Sequence record: OP360906.1
From: a phage
Strand: one strand, 5' to 3'
Length of the DNA stretch: 377 nucleotides
Positions 1 through 377 of this stretch are shown piece by piece (the first letter of the stretch is position 1; each line of letters begins with the position of its first letter). The notes beneath the pieces were generated by a model, which was given only the letters and a program-made list of their open reading frames with translations, was not told the DNA's origin and made no database searches. The position numbers and the translations under genes were made by a program.

Positions 1-377
1 CTGACGGCTGACGTTCTGATTTACGACATTGAGGACGCGATGAACCACTACGACGTTCGCTCTGAGTACACCTCTCAGTTAGGTGAATCTCTGGCGATGG
101 CTGCTGATGGTGCGGTTCTGGCTGAGATTGCTGGCCTGTGTAACTTGGCGAGCACCGCTGATGAGAACATTGCGGGTCTAGGCGCTGCCACTGTGATTGA
201 GACCACTCAGGCCAAGGTTGCAATTGCCGACCAAGTAGCTCTGGGTAAGGAGATTATCGCGGCTCTGACCAAGGCTCGCGCTGCTCTTACCAAGAACTAT
301 GTTCCGGCTGCTGACCGTGTGTTCTACTGCGACCCTGACAGCTACTCTGCGATTCTGGCAGCACTGATGCCCAACGC
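1..377 (+). CDS. 10: Major capsid protein of a T7-like phage (gp10A family), internal fragment, partial at both 5' and 3' ends; reading frame begins at nt 1
   Basis: Seen in sequence: frame 1 is open across all 125 complete codons plus a 2-nt partial codon (nt 376-377), while + frames 2 and 3 hit stops immediately (tga at 2-4 and at 9-11). All three minus-strand frames also contain stops (for example the complements of tta at 79-81, cta at 178-180, tta at 254-256 and 287-289, and tca at 75-77 and 207-209). Codon choice is strongly biased (ctg, gct, acc, aag, gac), as in a highly expressed structural gene. From memory of the T7 gp10A sequence: the translated segments LTADVLIYDIEDAMNHYDVRSEYTSQLGESLAMAADGAVLAEIAGLC and VALGKEIIAALTKARAALTKNYVPAADRVFYCDPDSYSAILAALMPNA match T7 gp10A. 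No database search was run, so the exact source phage is not established. Confidence 0.93.
   Translation, partial: MTADVLIYDIEDAMNHYDVRSEYTSQLGESLAMAADGAVLAEIAGLCNLASTADENIAGLGAATVIETTQAKVAIADQVALGKEIIAALTKARAALTKNYVPAADRVFYCDPDSYSAILAALMPN

Noticed and set aside
100-290. Repetitive gct/gcg/ctg-rich stretches as possible tandem repeats
   Set aside because: These reflect the alanine- and leucine-rich composition of the capsid protein with biased codon choice. There is no periodic unit beyond the codon level and no direct or inverted repeat structure suggestive of a regulatory or mobile element.
40-369. In-frame ATG codons (nt 40-42, 97-99, 367-369) as candidate start codons
   Set aside because: They sit within a continuous open frame whose translation upstream of each ATG is itself conserved capsid sequence, so they are internal methionines, not initiation sites.
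1-377. Possible T7 gene 10 programmed -1 frameshift site (10A/10B)
   Set aside because: From established knowledge, the T7 10A/10B frameshift lies near the 3' end of 10A (around codon 340). This window covers roughly codons 100-225, and I see no slippery heptamer with a downstream structure here. The site would be downstream of the window.
1-377. pET-type expression vector T7-tag artifact
   Set aside because: The vector-borne T7 tag corresponds to the first ~11 codons of gene 10 (MASMTGGQQMG). This window is internal to the gene and carries ~125 codons of capsid sequence, so it is not a simple tag or leader remnant.
1-377. Antisense or overlapping ORF on the minus strand, or in + frames 2 and 3
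   Set aside because: All alternative frames are interrupted by stops (+2 at nt 2-4, +3 at nt 9-11, and several on the minus strand). Any short open stretches are expected by chance in GC-rich-third-position, alanine-rich coding sequence.

Overview
The whole 377-bp window is an internal fragment of a single protein-coding gene on the + strand, in frame 1 (codons at 1-3, 4-6, ...), with no stop codon and neither the true start nor the end of the gene present. The translation (LTADVLIYDIEDAMNHYDVRSEYTSQLGESLAMAADGAVLAEIAGLCNLASTADENIAGLGAATVIETTQAKVAIADQVALGKEIIAALTKARAALTKNYVPAADRVFYCDPDSYSAILAALMPNA) matches, from memory, the central part of the major capsid protein gp10A of coliphage T7 and its relatives (Autographiviridae, HK97-fold capsid), roughly residues 100-225 of the ~345-residue T7 protein. 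The two ends look near-identical to T7, while a block at about nt 142-231 carries clustered substitutions, so this is more likely a T7 relative than T7 itself. I see no RNA gene, repeat, CRISPR array, mobile-element boundary, promoter or terminator in the window. I also see no evidence of a novel or undescribed system: this is an ordinary, well-known phage structural gene fragment.
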